From: Nitrospirota bacterium
Lineage (GTDB): Bacteria; Nitrospirota; UBA9217
Direction: 5' to 3'
NCBI GenBank assembly: GCA_023229435.1
Contig: JALNZF010000013.1
Span: 10,433-74,432, forward strand
DNA: 64,000 bases
Shown: piece after piece, positions 1-9,524 of the stretch
How positions within the stretch are numbered: the first letter of the stretch is position 1
Layout: every line of letters begins with the position of its first letter
Notes under the pieces: model-generated
Databases searched by the model: none
The model's input: the letters and a program-made list of their open reading frames with translations, nothing else
What the model was told of the DNA's origin: nothing
Position numbers and translations under genes: made by a program

Positions 1-1428
1 CTATTGTTCCGCTTCGGGACGAGACGGAGTTGACGGAACTCAAAAAAAAATTGCGGAAGAAATTCAAAGGGAAGTACAAAACGAAATAGATCGTTTTGTT
101 TCTCAGTATCGGCGCGAGCAGTCCGCCACCGGCGGTTTCGACCTGGAGTCCTTCGAGTTGGGCATTCGCTCTGCCATGCATGGGATTGGCGGCAAGATGC
201 TGGAGATGCTGATCAATGCCGATGGAGGCGATTACCGCGGCAAGACTATCCTGTGCGAAAAAGGACATGTCTGCGAGTTCGAGGGGTATCGGACCAAAAC
301 CCTGTTGACGGTTCTTGCCCCCGTGTCCGTGAATCGCGCGTACTATTCCGATAAGGAATGTGAAAGCGGCTTTTGTCCGAAGGATCGGTCGCTGGATATC
401 GAAGGAACCTCGTACAGTTCCGGGGTGCGCCGGATGATGAGCAAGGTAGGCTCCTACCGCCCGTTCGATCCAGGTCATGAAGATTTGTACGAATTGGCTG
501 GCATCCGAGTGACTGCCAAGGAGGTCGAACGAGTTTCCGAGCGGGTCGGACAGCAGGTAGAGGAGTATCACGCCGCGCAAGGTGAAGCCGCCCTGTCCGA
601 CAATGTTGTCCCTATAAAGCCGGTCCTCCGGCTATATGTCTGCATGGACGGCACGGGAGTGCCTGTGATCAAAAGAGAAACCGAGGGCAGGCAGGGCAAG
701 GGTGAAGACGGGCAGGCAAAAACAAGAGAGGTCAAACTGGGGTGCGTTTTCACCCAAACCTCCGTGGACAAAGAAGGATGTCCGATCCGAGATGAAGCTT
801 CCACCAGTTATACCGGAGCGATTGAGACGGCGGAGACGTTTGGATGGAGGCTCTATAAAGAGGCGAAGCGGCGCGATATGGACCGGGCACGGGACGTTGT
901 AGTGCTCGGAGACGGCGCGCTTTGGATATGGAATATCGCTGACGAGCACTTTCCCGGAGCCCGGAAGATCGTCGATCTGTACCATGCCCGCGAGCATTAC
1001 GGAAATGTCGCCAAAGCATGTCTTGGACAGCAAAAAGACAAGATGTACCAATGGATGGATAACCGCCGCGTTGAGTTGGATGAAGGGAAGGTGGAAGACC
1101 TTATCATCGCAATCAATCAAATCTCGGTCCAGTCCGGCGCTCACAAAGACCTTTGCCACCGGGAGATGGGCTATTTTGAGAAAAACAAAGAACGGATGCG
1201 GTACGCTGAATTCAGAAGGCTCGGTCTTTTTGTCGGATCCGGTGTGCTTGAAGCTGGATGTCGTTCGGTTATAGGACAGCGGCTGAAGCAATCAGGAATG
1301 CATTGGACGGTCGAAGGAGCAAATAAGATAATCGCCCTTCGATGCAGCATCATGAGCAACCGTTGGGAGGAGTTCTGGGAACAGCGGGCGTGCGCTTGAC
1401 AGCTTACCGACAAATTTGTCGCACACCC
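1..1428 (+). mobile_element. ISKra4-family-like insertion sequence (left part outside window)
   Basis: Transposase ORF followed by terminal ...ACAAATTTGTCGCACACCC (GGG-type IR end) at ~1410-1428. Confidence 0.75.
2..1399 (+). CDS. ISKra4-family DDE transposase (5' partial; frame open from window start, probably reached by -1 frameshift)
   Basis: Motifs MDGTGVP, LGDGALWIW, IVDLYHAREH, GSGVLEAGC, RLKQSGMHW; A9 run at 42-50. Confidence 0.85.
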   Translation, partial: YCSASGRDGVDGTQKKIAEEIQREVQNEIDRFVSQYRREQSATGGFDLESFELGIRSAMHGIGGKMLEMLINADGGDYRGKTILCEKGHVCEFEGYRTKTLLTVLAPVSVNRAYYSDKECESGFCPKDRSLDIEGTSYSSGVRRMMSKVGSYRPFDPGHEDLYELAGIRVTAKEVERVSERVGQQVEEYHAAQGEAALSDNVVPIKPVLRLYVCMDGTGVPVIKRETEGRQGKGEDGQAKTREVKLGCVFTQTSVDKEGCPIRDEASTSYTGAIETAETFGWRLYKEAKRRDMDRARDVVVLGDGALWIWNIADEHFPGARKIVDLYHAREHYGNVAKACLGQQKDKMYQWMDNRRVELDEGKVEDLIIAINQISVQSGAHKDLCHREMGYFEKNKERMRYAEFRRLGLFVGSGVLEAGCRSVIGQRLKQSGMHWTVEGANKIIALRCSIMSNRWEEFWEQRACA

Positions 1429-1481
1429 ATGAGAATTCGCTCCATTGTGAAGAACGTCTTTCTATGGTATACTGCACCACT

Positions 1482-2231
1482 ATGATGAATAATCTCAACA
1501 TTATTGGACTGAACCCCTCGGTCGCAGGGAAGATCACACCGATGATCGAAGACCTGCTCAGGGAGCACGCATCGAACATCCATTCATTTCACCTCGTGGG
1601 CAGCGCCGTGATCCCGGACTACAACGAGAAGCTTTCGGACATCAATTCCGTGATCGTACTCAAAAAGATGGACCTGCGGTTCCTCACCTTTCTCGCGCCG
1701 CTCGGAAAGAAATACGGCAGGAAGCGGATCGCCGCGCCGCTTGTGATGACTCCGGAGTACATCGAAACGTCGCTCGACGCATTCCCCGTCGAGTTTCTGG
1801 ACTTCAAGCTCATCCACAAGACCGTCTATGGGAGCGACCTTCTGCAGGACCTGCGGATCGACATGCCGCACCTGCGTCTCCAGTGCGAGCGCGAGATCAA
1901 AACAAAACTCATCGGCCTGAGACAGGGATACATCTCATCACTCGGAAAGAAGGAAGACATTGCCGCCGTGCTGGTACGGTCCTTCACCGGCTCCATGGCG
2001 CTCTTCCGGGCAATTATTTCACTCCTCGGCAAGGAGCCCCCGATCCCGCGAGTTGATGTCATTGCAATGCTCGGTGCCGCGACAGGGACCAATACCGATA
2101 TCTTTGATAAGCTGCTCCTGCTCAAGTTGCATCTCCTCAAACCATCGGAACAGGAACTTGCATCCTTCTTCGAACGCTACTACGACACGCTCGAGTCTGC
2201 GGAAAAGATCATCAATGACCTCCATGGTTAA
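1482..2231 (+). CDS. Nucleotidyltransferase-fold protein with helical C-terminal domain (LemA/TPM-associated)
   Basis: GSAV...SDINSVIV pol-beta-like motif; DAFPVEFLD; overlaps the next gene. Confidence 0.7.
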   Translation: MMNNLNIIGLNPSVAGKITPMIEDLLREHASNIHSFHLVGSAVIPDYNEKLSDINSVIVLKKMDLRFLTFLAPLGKKYGRKRIAAPLVMTPEYIETSLDAFPVEFLDFKLIHKTVYGSDLLQDLRIDMPHLRLQCEREIKTKLIGLRQGYISSLGKKEDIAAVLVRSFTGSMALFRAIISLLGKEPPIPRVDVIAMLGAATGTNTDIFDKLLLLKLHLLKPSEQELASFFERYYDTLESAEKIINDLHG

Positions 2232-2997
2232 GAGACTCTTCATCACGGTTATTCTTCTTGCGGCCGTCTGCGCTTCCGTTGTCAGTGCCTCCACGCCGCA
2301 GCCGCCCGACATGCCCCGGGATTACGTGGTCGACCTGGCCGGCATCGTCAGAAGCGACCTGAAAAATGAGCTCAACACCTACCTCCAGGCGCTTGATCAG
2401 AAGACCACGGCCCAGGTGCTGGTGCTCACGGTACAGACCCTCGACAACCAGTCCATCGAGGAATTCGCCCTCAACACAAAGGAAAAATGGAAGCTGGGCC
2501 AGAAGGGCAAGGACAACGGGGTCCTGATCGTCGTCGCGGTGAATGACCGCAAGTACCGGATCGAGGTGGGCTACGGGCTCGAGAGCGTATTACCCGACAG
2601 CCTGGTCGGTTCGATTGGACGGGAATACTTTGTCCCCTATTTCAAAACAGGCGATTACGGCACCGGGATCTACGCGGGCACCATCGCGGTGATCAGGACT
2701 ATCGCGACCCATGAAGGAGTGAGCATCACAATCGGTTCCGAGCAAGCACAACCTCGCGGGGCCTATACCCGCAAGCCCCTGAGCACAGTTAATAAGATCG
2801 TTCTGGCTGTTTTCGGCATCATTGTGTTGATCCTGTTCATAACGAATCCCCGCCTATTTTTGCTCTTACTTCTGGCCAATACAATGGGAGGGGGAAGGGG
2901 CGGCTGGTCCGGAGGAGGTGGGGGTTTCGGCGGCGGCAGCTTCGGCGGAGGGGGCGGTGGAGGAGGCGGTGGCGGTGGCGCGTCAGGAGGATGGTAA
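2224..2997 (+). CDS. TPM domain-containing membrane protein (YgcG-like)
   Basis: Signal peptide, WKLGQKGKDNGVL, RIEVGYGLE, TM helix, Gly-rich tail ending GGASGGW. Confidence 0.9.
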   Translation: MVKRLFITVILLAAVCASVVSASTPQPPDMPRDYVVDLAGIVRSDLKNELNTYLQALDQKTTAQVLVLTVQTLDNQSIEEFALNTKEKWKLGQKGKDNGVLIVVAVNDRKYRIEVGYGLESVLPDSLVGSIGREYFVPYFKTGDYGTGIYAGTIAVIRTIATHEGVSITIGSEQAQPRGAYTRKPLSTVNKIVLAVFGIIVLILFITNPRLFLLLLLANTMGGGRGGWSGGGGGFGGGSFGGGGGGGGGGGGASGGW

Positions 2998-3075
2998 AAA
3001 ACAGCAATCTTAGACAGGATAAGAACAAGAAGTAATCCTGTTATCCTGTCCAATTAATTCCTAAAGGAGGAGCAC

Positions 3076-3654
3076 ATGAACAGCGGATTAAAAACAGTAC
3101 TCATCATTCTCGGAGTCATCGCGGTGTTTGCGATCGGGGCCATTATGTACGGCGTCGGGCAATACAACAAGGCCGTGGCCATGGATGAGCAGGTCAAGTC
3201 GCAATGGGCGCAGGTCGAGAACCAGCTCAAGCGGCGCTTCGACTTGATCCCGAACCTGGTCGAAACCGTAAAGGGTTATGCGAAGCATGAGAAGGAATTG
3301 TTCGAGAACATCGCGAACGCGCGGACGAAATATTTCCAGGCAAACTCGGTGAATGACAAGGTCCAGGCGGCAAACCAGGTTGAAGGATTTCTTTCCCGAC
3401 TCCTGGTTCTGCGCGAAACCTACCCCCAGCTCAAGGCGAACGAGAACTTCCTGAAACTTCAGGACAGCCTTGAGGGCACGGAGAACCGCATCGCCGTTGA
3501 ACGCATGCGGTACAATGACACGGTGAAGGTGCTCAATACGTACCGGAGAAGCGTGTTCGGAAAGTTCTTTGCTTCTTTGGCAGGCGTGAACGAGGCGCAG
3601 TATTACGAGGTCCCGCAGGCGGAGAAGGAAGCACCGAAAGTGAAATTTCAATAA
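3076..3654 (+). CDS. lemA: LemA family protein
   Basis: QLKRRFDLIPNLVETVKGYAKHE, YPQLKANENFLKLQ, TENRIAVER; AGGAGG RBS. Confidence 0.95.
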   Translation: MNSGLKTVLIILGVIAVFAIGAIMYGVGQYNKAVAMDEQVKSQWAQVENQLKRRFDLIPNLVETVKGYAKHEKELFENIANARTKYFQANSVNDKVQAANQVEGFLSRLLVLRETYPQLKANENFLKLQDSLEGTENRIAVERMRYNDTVKVLNTYRRSVFGKFFASLAGVNEAQYYEVPQAEKEAPKVKFQ

Positions 3655-3694
3655 AGAGATCTGACGTCAACTATCTCTCCATGATGATATCCTG

Positions 3695-3731
3695 AGCCTG
3701 TTGCGCACCTGATTGGCAGCAGGCTTTTTTT
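3695..3731 (+). terminator. Intrinsic terminator after lemA
   Basis: AGCCTGTTGC...GCAGCAGGCT hairpin followed by T-tract. Confidence 0.7.
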
Positions 3732-3795
3732 CGTCGTGATGCGTGTTCAGGCGTCAGGAGCTTTTCTTCCTACTTCCTACTTCTCAGTCCTCTTC

Positions 3796-4365
3796 TCACT
3801 TGATCCTCTTCGATATGGCCTTGAACTCCTCCGTGCCGGCAACCTTGAGAAGCTGAAACAGCACCGTCTCGGTGCAGGTCACGACGGCGCCCGCCTCGCG
3901 CATGAACTCCATCCCGATCTTCCAGTTCTCCTTGGTGCGGGAGCAGATCGCGTCCTGCACGACATGGACATTGATCCCGCCCCTCAGCAGGCCGACGCAG
4001 GTCTGGAGCACGCAGATGTGCGTTTCCATGCCCGTCAGGATGACGCTCCTTTTCTTATGCCCTTTAAGCTCCTCCAGGAACGCGGGCTGGCCGCAGCAAT
4101 CGAAGGTCATCTTCTCAACCGGGCGGTAGAACGGCAGCGCCTCCCGGATCTCCGGCACGGTCGTGCCGAGCCCCCTGGGATACTGCTCAGTCACCATGAC
4201 CGGCAGGTGGATCATCTTGGCGAGCTCGACCAGGTGCAGGTTGTTCCTGACGACCTTGTCCCTTTCCTTCATGACCGCCGCAAGCTTGTCCTGAATATCA
4301 ACGATCAGAAGGACCGTGTCTTCCTTATCAATAATAAATTTGTCCAATGTCATAATGCGGTCCAT
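3796..4365 (-). CDS. Isochorismatase-family hydrolase
   Basis: LLIVDIQ, TEQYPRGLG, GMETHICVLQT. Confidence 0.9.
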   Translation of the reverse strand: MDRIMTLDKFIIDKEDTVLLIVDIQDKLAAVMKERDKVVRNNLHLVELAKMIHLPVMVTEQYPRGLGTTVPEIREALPFYRPVEKMTFDCCGQPAFLEELKGHKKRSVILTGMETHICVLQTCVGLLRGGINVHVVQDAICSRTKENWKIGMEFMREAGAVVTCTETVLFQLLKVAGTEEFKAISKRIK

Positions 4366-4903
4366 CCTCTCTTGATAGAACCGGTATCAATAAATTGATG
4401 TTATATCTCCGCACATCCCCCTCACCCTACCCTCTCCCCTCGAGGGAGAGGATAATAGAGCATTAACGACAGAACGAGAAGAACAGATAACAATATACTT
4501 TCTTCAATAGGCCGTGGATGGTTCTTATATTCCACACTCCGCATTCCGAATTCTGCATTCGATACCGGCAGCCTGCCGGTCCTCAGACCCCTCATGAACC
4601 GCCTTCATAACCAACGGAGATTTTATCGCCTTCCACGATCACCGGCACCTTCCTCACTCCCTTTGAATACGTCAGCATTTCATCCAATTTCGCGCTATCC
4701 GTCTTCACATCATAATACGCAGCCTTATTCCCGTAGACCGACCTGGCCCTGTCGGTATGCGGTCAGCCGGATTTCCCGAAGATCATCGCCGTCTCTGCCA
4801 TAGATCCTCTCCTCCAGGCGAAGTGAAATCATACGATTACCGGTGATCCTATAATATCATTTTACGGATGCAAAAGTAACTCTTTTACGATACAATCATA
4901 ACC

Positions 4904-5557
4904 GTGATGTCAGACGGAACAAATCCACCGGCAAGATTGTCATATAGTACTGGACAGAGCAGCTCTTCTGTTTCAGATGACGATGCGGCGCTCGTATCAT
5001 CTGCGCAAAAAGGCGACCTGCGCGCATTTGAACAGCTGGTGACAAAACACCAGAAAAAGATGCTCAACATCGCGTATCGACTGATCGGGGATCATGATGA
5101 CGCGTGCGAGGTCGTGCAGGACGCATTTGTCTCTGCTTATAAGAACATCAGGCGGTTCCGGGGGGATGCAAAATTCACGACCTGGCTCACGACGATAACC
5201 CTGAACCTGTCGAAGAACCGGCTGAAACAGGTCAGGTCCCGGCAGGGCCATGAAGCCTTTTCCCTGAACGATCCGATCCAGACCGATGACGGCACGATGA
5301 CCATGGACCCGCCGTCAAAGGAACCATCCGTATTGGAGAGAATGGAAAGGCGGGCTGTCCAGACAAGGATGCGGGACTGCATTAAGGCATTGGATGCGGA
5401 TTTTCGGGAGATCCTCGTCCTTCGTGACATGCAGGAGTTCTCGTATGAAGAGATCGGGAGCATGCTCAAGGTCCGCGAGGGCACGGTCAAATCACGGCTG
5501 TTCAGGGCAAGAGATATGGTCAAGGATTGTTTGAAGCGGTTCATGGGAGAACTCTGA
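4904..5557 (+). CDS. ECF RNA polymerase sigma-70 factor
   Basis: GDLRAFEQLV, FRGDAKFTTWL, SYEEIG...GTVKSRLFRAR. Confidence 0.93.
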   Translation: MMSDGTNPPARLSYSTGQSSSSVSDDDAALVSSAQKGDLRAFEQLVTKHQKKMLNIAYRLIGDHDDACEVVQDAFVSAYKNIRRFRGDAKFTTWLTTITLNLSKNRLKQVRSRQGHEAFSLNDPIQTDDGTMTMDPPSKEPSVLERMERRAVQTRMRDCIKALDADFREILVLRDMQEFSYEEIGSMLKVREGTVKSRLFRARDMVKDCLKRFMGEL

Positions 5558-6627
5558 TGGAACATAACGACATACGTCATAGACTTTCCGAATATATCGA
5601 TGGGTCAGTCACGGGTGAAGAACGGGCGGCGATCGAAACGCACCTCAAGACGTGCCCGCAATGCAGCAGCGCGCTCGATGAGCTTCGGAAAACCATCGGG
5701 CATATCAAGTCCGTCGAAGAGATCGAGCCGCCTGCATGGATGACGCAGAAGATCATGGCAACCATTCGCGACGAAGCAGCGGAGAAAAAAGGCTTCTTCC
5801 ACAGGTTCTTCTTCCCCCTCCGCATAAAGCTTCCGATCCAGGCCATAGCGGTCCTGTTCCTTGCCGTAACCGGGTTCTATATCTATCAGACGGCGGAAAG
5901 ATTTTCTGAAGCCCCAACGCATGAACTTGCAACCCGGAACGAAGCCCCTCCAGTCGGCACTGCACAGGATAAACTTGCCAAATCTGAAAGTCCTGCGCTT
6001 CGCTCAAAGCAGGTCCCGCAAACTCCGGCGTATAAGGCTCTGGACATGAAACAGGGATACGAGACTCCTCCGCCGCCAATGCTGAAAGGCCGGGCTACGG
6101 CGCCGGTCCCCGTACCTGCACAACCGGCAGAACCGCCGATGCGGAAGAAAGATAAAGTCATGGCGGAGCAACCCACTGTCTCGCCGTACGCCGGGGCACC
6201 GTCATTGCCGCAGGAACAGACCGCGCCGGCTGCTCATGATCCGGGGCGGGACGAAGGGAGACATGAACCCGCACCCTTGAAACGACAATCCAGCGGTTTG
6301 TCGGCAGGCGAGGGATCAGGCTCAGAGAGCGCTCGTTCAGAGACCATTCTTACCGTATCGGTAAAAAATATTGACGACGCCGCGGAAGATATAGAAGCAA
6401 CGATCAGGGAGTTTGACGGAACCATTATCGAGACACAACAGCTCGATAAGAAAAAAATTTATGTGTTATCGCTGGACACTTCCCATGCAAAAGATCTTGT
6501 AGAAAAACTCAAGCACATGGGAGCCATGAAAGAACAAAATCTGGTTCTGAAATCCCGGGAAAGCCGTATGGTATTCAGAATCGAACTCAACAAACGGTCT
6601 GCGCCTAAGGCGGCTGTGGGATGCTGA
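5557..6627 (+). CDS. Anti-sigma factor (zf-HC2 N-terminus, TM helix, DUF2275-like)
   Basis: LSEYIDG...HLKTCPQC; TGATG overlap with the sigma gene. Confidence 0.85.
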   Translation: MEHNDIRHRLSEYIDGSVTGEERAAIETHLKTCPQCSSALDELRKTIGHIKSVEEIEPPAWMTQKIMATIRDEAAEKKGFFHRFFFPLRIKLPIQAIAVLFLAVTGFYIYQTAERFSEAPTHELATRNEAPPVGTAQDKLAKSESPALRSKQVPQTPAYKALDMKQGYETPPPPMLKGRATAPVPVPAQPAEPPMRKKDKVMAEQPTVSPYAGAPSLPQEQTAPAAHDPGRDEGRHEPAPLKRQSSGLSAGEGSGSESARSETILTVSVKNIDDAAEDIEATIREFDGTIIETQQLDKKKIYVLSLDTSHAKDLVEKLKHMGAMKEQNLVLKSRESRMVFRIELNKRSAPKAAVGC

Positions 6628-6690
6628 TCTCTTCCGGCACGTCGCGCCCGCCCCGCAAAGGAAACACCCCACCCCCTGGTCTTACCCTGT

Positions 6691-7170
6691 CTATTGTTCT
6701 CCAGGCGGCAGGGTGTCCAATTTTGATTGGAGTTTAGTCATGGACCTTTGTGCGCGCGAACTCAACTTTGCAATTTTATTTTTTACGATCGTTTGCTGAT
6801 CCGGCGTTAAGAGCGGCATTACTTCTTTCAATAACTTTGCTTGCAGGACCGTCAGATTCTCCTGGGCAGTGGTCAGCGTCCTGTAGGCTAAGCGCACTAT
6901 TTTTTCATCAAGCGCATCGCCGTTCATCACGGTCAAAAGGTTCCGCCGGGCCTGAAGAACTGCCATCTTGCCGGCAATTAAATCGCGGTGACGTCCCTGC
7001 ACAATATCCTCGGTCCAGTGTTTCTGCTCAGTGGTAAGATTCAGCCCTTTCAGCAAACGCCCCATATTGCCTCCGCCCCTGTTGCCGGACGCATTTGCCT
7101 CAGTTACCATGCTGCCGGCCATTATCCAGACCGCGACAGCCAGTGCCGGGAAACGATTCTGTTTTCTCAT
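6691..7170 (-). CDS. Spy/CpxP-family periplasmic protein
   Basis: Signal peptide; LNLTTEQK and LTPDQQ (LTxxQ) motifs. Confidence 0.8.
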   Translation of the reverse strand: MRKQNRFPALAVAVWIMAGSMVTEANASGNRGGGNMGRLLKGLNLTTEQKHWTEDIVQGRHRDLIAGKMAVLQARRNLLTVMNGDALDEKIVRLAYRTLTTAQENLTVLQAKLLKEVMPLLTPDQQTIVKNKIAKLSSRAQRSMTKLQSKLDTLPPGEQ

Positions 7171-7222
7171 TAGCTTTCCTCCTGGGATGTTAGTTGCGTT
7201 ATTAATAATGTCAGATGCTAAA

Positions 7223-7250
7223 TAGACACCGGTTCTTGAAAAAGGTTTAA
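7223..7250 (-). promoter_or_regulatory. ECF-type promoter upstream of the Spy/CpxP gene
   Basis: Minus strand TAAACCT-N15-GTCTA, resembling the AAC...GTC ECF consensus. Confidence 0.45.
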
Positions 7251-7253
7251 TGG

Positions 7254-7442
7254 ATGAAATGCGAGGTCAGGACAAAGGTTGACAGTATCCGTGATGTGAG
7301 CGGAGGAAAGCAGACGGACGAGAAGATGCTGAACTCGTCACCTGCCTGTAACAGATCAAAGGCATTTACCGCCGAGTTCAATATTCTCGCGCCAAAGGAC
7401 CAGGCAGTGAAACTGACATACAAGGTGGGGATGAGTTACTAA
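7254..7442 (+). pseudogene. Probable C-terminal remnant of a DUF4139-like gene
   Basis: KMLNSS...AFTAEFNILAPKDQAVKLTYKVGMSY resembles DUF4139 C-termini; no N-terminal part. Confidence 0.35.
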
Positions 7443-7455
7443 GGAGTTCGGAGCT

Positions 7456-7580
7456 TAGCGTTCGAAGTTGGGAGTATTGAACATTCGTGGCAGTGAGATT
7501 GGATGCATGCACAGAAGAGGAGCGCGTTCGCTCCCCGCTTCTGTTTTTTGTGGCTTCGAACTCCCGACTCCGCAACGCTG
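7456..7580. mobile_element. MITE-like element with imperfect terminal inverted repeats
   Basis: AGCGTTCGAAGTTGGGAGT ... ACTCCCGACTCCGCAACGCT. Confidence 0.45.
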
Positions 7581-7599
7581 AATGCTTTTCCGTAATGCC

Positions 7600-8673
7600 T
7601 CACAACCACTTCTTTCGTTTAAAGTAAAACAGCATGAACACGGAAATTCCAAGCATCAGGAAGAGGGAGAAAAAATATCCGTAGCGCCACTCCAGCTCCG
7701 GCATGTACTTGAAGTTCATTCCATACACTCCGGCAATGAATGTCAGCGGCATGAAGATCAGGGAAATCACCGTCAGGACCTTCATCACCTCGTTCAAGCG
7801 ATTGCTGACGCTCGACAGGTACAGATCAAGCATGCTGGACAGCATCTCGCGGTAGATGTCCACGCTGTCGATGATATGGATGGAATGGTCGTAGACGTCT
7901 CTGAGATAGGGCGCCGTGGCTTCCCGGATCAGCGATGACTCATGCTTGCCCAGGCCGCTCACCACCTCGCGGAGTGGCCATACGGCGTTGTGCAGAAAGA
8001 TCATCTCCCGCTTTAATTGATAGATCCTCTGCACCGTCTCCTGCTTCGGGTCCCCGATCAGTTCCGTTTCTATCGATTCGATCTTGTCGCCGAACTTCTC
8101 GAGGATGACGAAGTAGTTGTCAACCACCGCATCAAGCAGCGCGTAGGCAAGGTAGTCGGCCTTCATTTTCCGGATGCGTCCCTTGTTGGTCCGGAGATGA
8201 TCACGGATCAAATTAAACACATCTCCCTCGACCCCTTCCTGAAAAGAAAGAACAAAGTTCGCGCCGAGGACAAGGCTGACCTGCTCGGTAACGATATCGC
8301 CGTTCTTGCCGCTGGCGAGCATCTTGAGCACGAGATAAATATATTCTCCGTAGTCCTCCATTTTCGGCCGCTGGTCCGTGTTCATGATGTCTTCCATCAC
8401 GAGCCGGTGGAGTCCGAAGCAGTCGCCGAGCTTCTCGAGCACCTGGGCGTTATGGACACCGTCAACGTTGATCCAGGTCACGGTCGGTTTTTCCTTGAAC
8501 GGGATGCAGGCATCGACAGATGCCTTCTCGATCTCTTGAAAGTTCGCTTCATCGTAATCGATGACATGGATATTGACCTGCTCGTCCTTCTTCTCCCCGG
8601 TATACACCAGCGTCCCGGAAGGGAGGCCTGCTTTTTTGGACCTTTTTTTCGTCAGGTTGCGCATGGCTGGCAT
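7600..8673 (-). CDS. corA: Magnesium/cobalt transporter CorA
   Basis: GVYGMNFKYMPEL signature, two C-terminal TM helices. Confidence 0.96.
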   Translation of the reverse strand: MPAMRNLTKKRSKKAGLPSGTLVYTGEKKDEQVNIHVIDYDEANFQEIEKASVDACIPFKEKPTVTWINVDGVHNAQVLEKLGDCFGLHRLVMEDIMNTDQRPKMEDYGEYIYLVLKMLASGKNGDIVTEQVSLVLGANFVLSFQEGVEGDVFNLIRDHLRTNKGRIRKMKADYLAYALLDAVVDNYFVILEKFGDKIESIETELIGDPKQETVQRIYQLKREMIFLHNAVWPLREVVSGLGKHESSLIREATAPYLRDVYDHSIHIIDSVDIYREMLSSMLDLYLSSVSNRLNEVMKVLTVISLIFMPLTFIAGVYGMNFKYMPELEWRYGYFFSLFLMLGISVFMLFYFKRKKWL

Positions 8674-9524
8674 TACATGAACTCCTTCAGTGTTGCCCCG
8701 ATCTTATTCACGTCAAAGGCCTGATGCACGAGCGGTTTGTCCTTGATCATCGGAACGCGCTCTTCGAACGTGGGCCGGTTATTGCGATAGATGACGCCGA
8801 TGGGGATGCGGTCGCCCCACTCGAGCGCCTTGGCGAACGCGGCCTTCCGGTCCCCGGGATCATGGTCCGGCCCGACAGGATAGACCCGTTGCTTGTACCA
8901 GTCATAGGTGTTCACCTTGTTAAAGGACACGCAAGGCTGAAGGATGTCGAGGAGGGCAAACCCGCTATGCAGGATCGCCTCTTTCATGAGTCCTTTAAGG
9001 TGCTCCGTATCGGCGGCATATCCCCGGGCCGCGAAACTGCAGTCCAGCGCAACAGCGAGGGCCATGGGGTTGAACTGCTCAGAGATCACGCCGAAAGGCA
9101 TGTTCTTGGTCTTCACCCCTTCACCCGTTGTGGGGGACGCCTGCCCCTTGGTCAGTCCATAGACCTGGTTGTCGTGCACAAAAAGCTTCACGTTGATGTT
9201 CCTGCGCATGGCCGCCATGAGATGGTTGCCGCCCTCGCCGTAGCAGTCGCCGTCGCCGGTCGTGACAATGACCGGCATTGTGTGGTTCGCGAGCCTGATG
9301 CCCGTGGCAACCGGCAGCGTTCTGCCATGCAGTCCGTTAAAGGTGTTGCACTTTGTGTAGTGCGGAAATTTCGCGGCCTGTCCGATGCCGGAGACGATCG
9401 TGAATTGGTGGGGTTCCATATTGAGTTCCAGCACGGTATCCTTGAACGCCTTCATGATCGCGAAATTTCCGCACCCCGGGCACCATGCCGGGACCTGTCC
9501 TCTATACGTTTCTAAGGTGATCAT
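8673..9524 (-). CDS. korB: 2-oxoacid:ferredoxin oxidoreductase beta subunit
   Basis: WCPGCGN, GDGDCYGEGGNH, YGLTKGQASPT, ILQPCVSFN. Confidence 0.9.
   Translation of the reverse strand: MITLETYRGQVPAWCPGCGNFAIMKAFKDTVLELNMEPHQFTIVSGIGQAAKFPHYTKCNTFNGLHGRTLPVATGIRLANHTMPVIVTTGDGDCYGEGGNHLMAAMRRNINVKLFVHDNQVYGLTKGQASPTTGEGVKTKNMPFGVISEQFNPMALAVALDCSFAARGYAADTEHLKGLMKEAILHSGFALLDILQPCVSFNKVNTYDWYKQRVYPVGPDHDPGDRKAAFAKALEWGDRIPIGVIYRNNRPTFEERVPMIKDKPLVHQAFDVNKIGATLKEFM

Noticed and set aside
4594..4803. 69-aa ORF upstream of the ECF sigma gene
   Set aside because: No RBS, no motifs and atypical composition
6622..6660. Anti-sigma gene ends in Cys-TGA (possible Sec)
   Set aside because: No convincing SECIS-like hairpin follows, and there is no Cys-containing paralog for comparison
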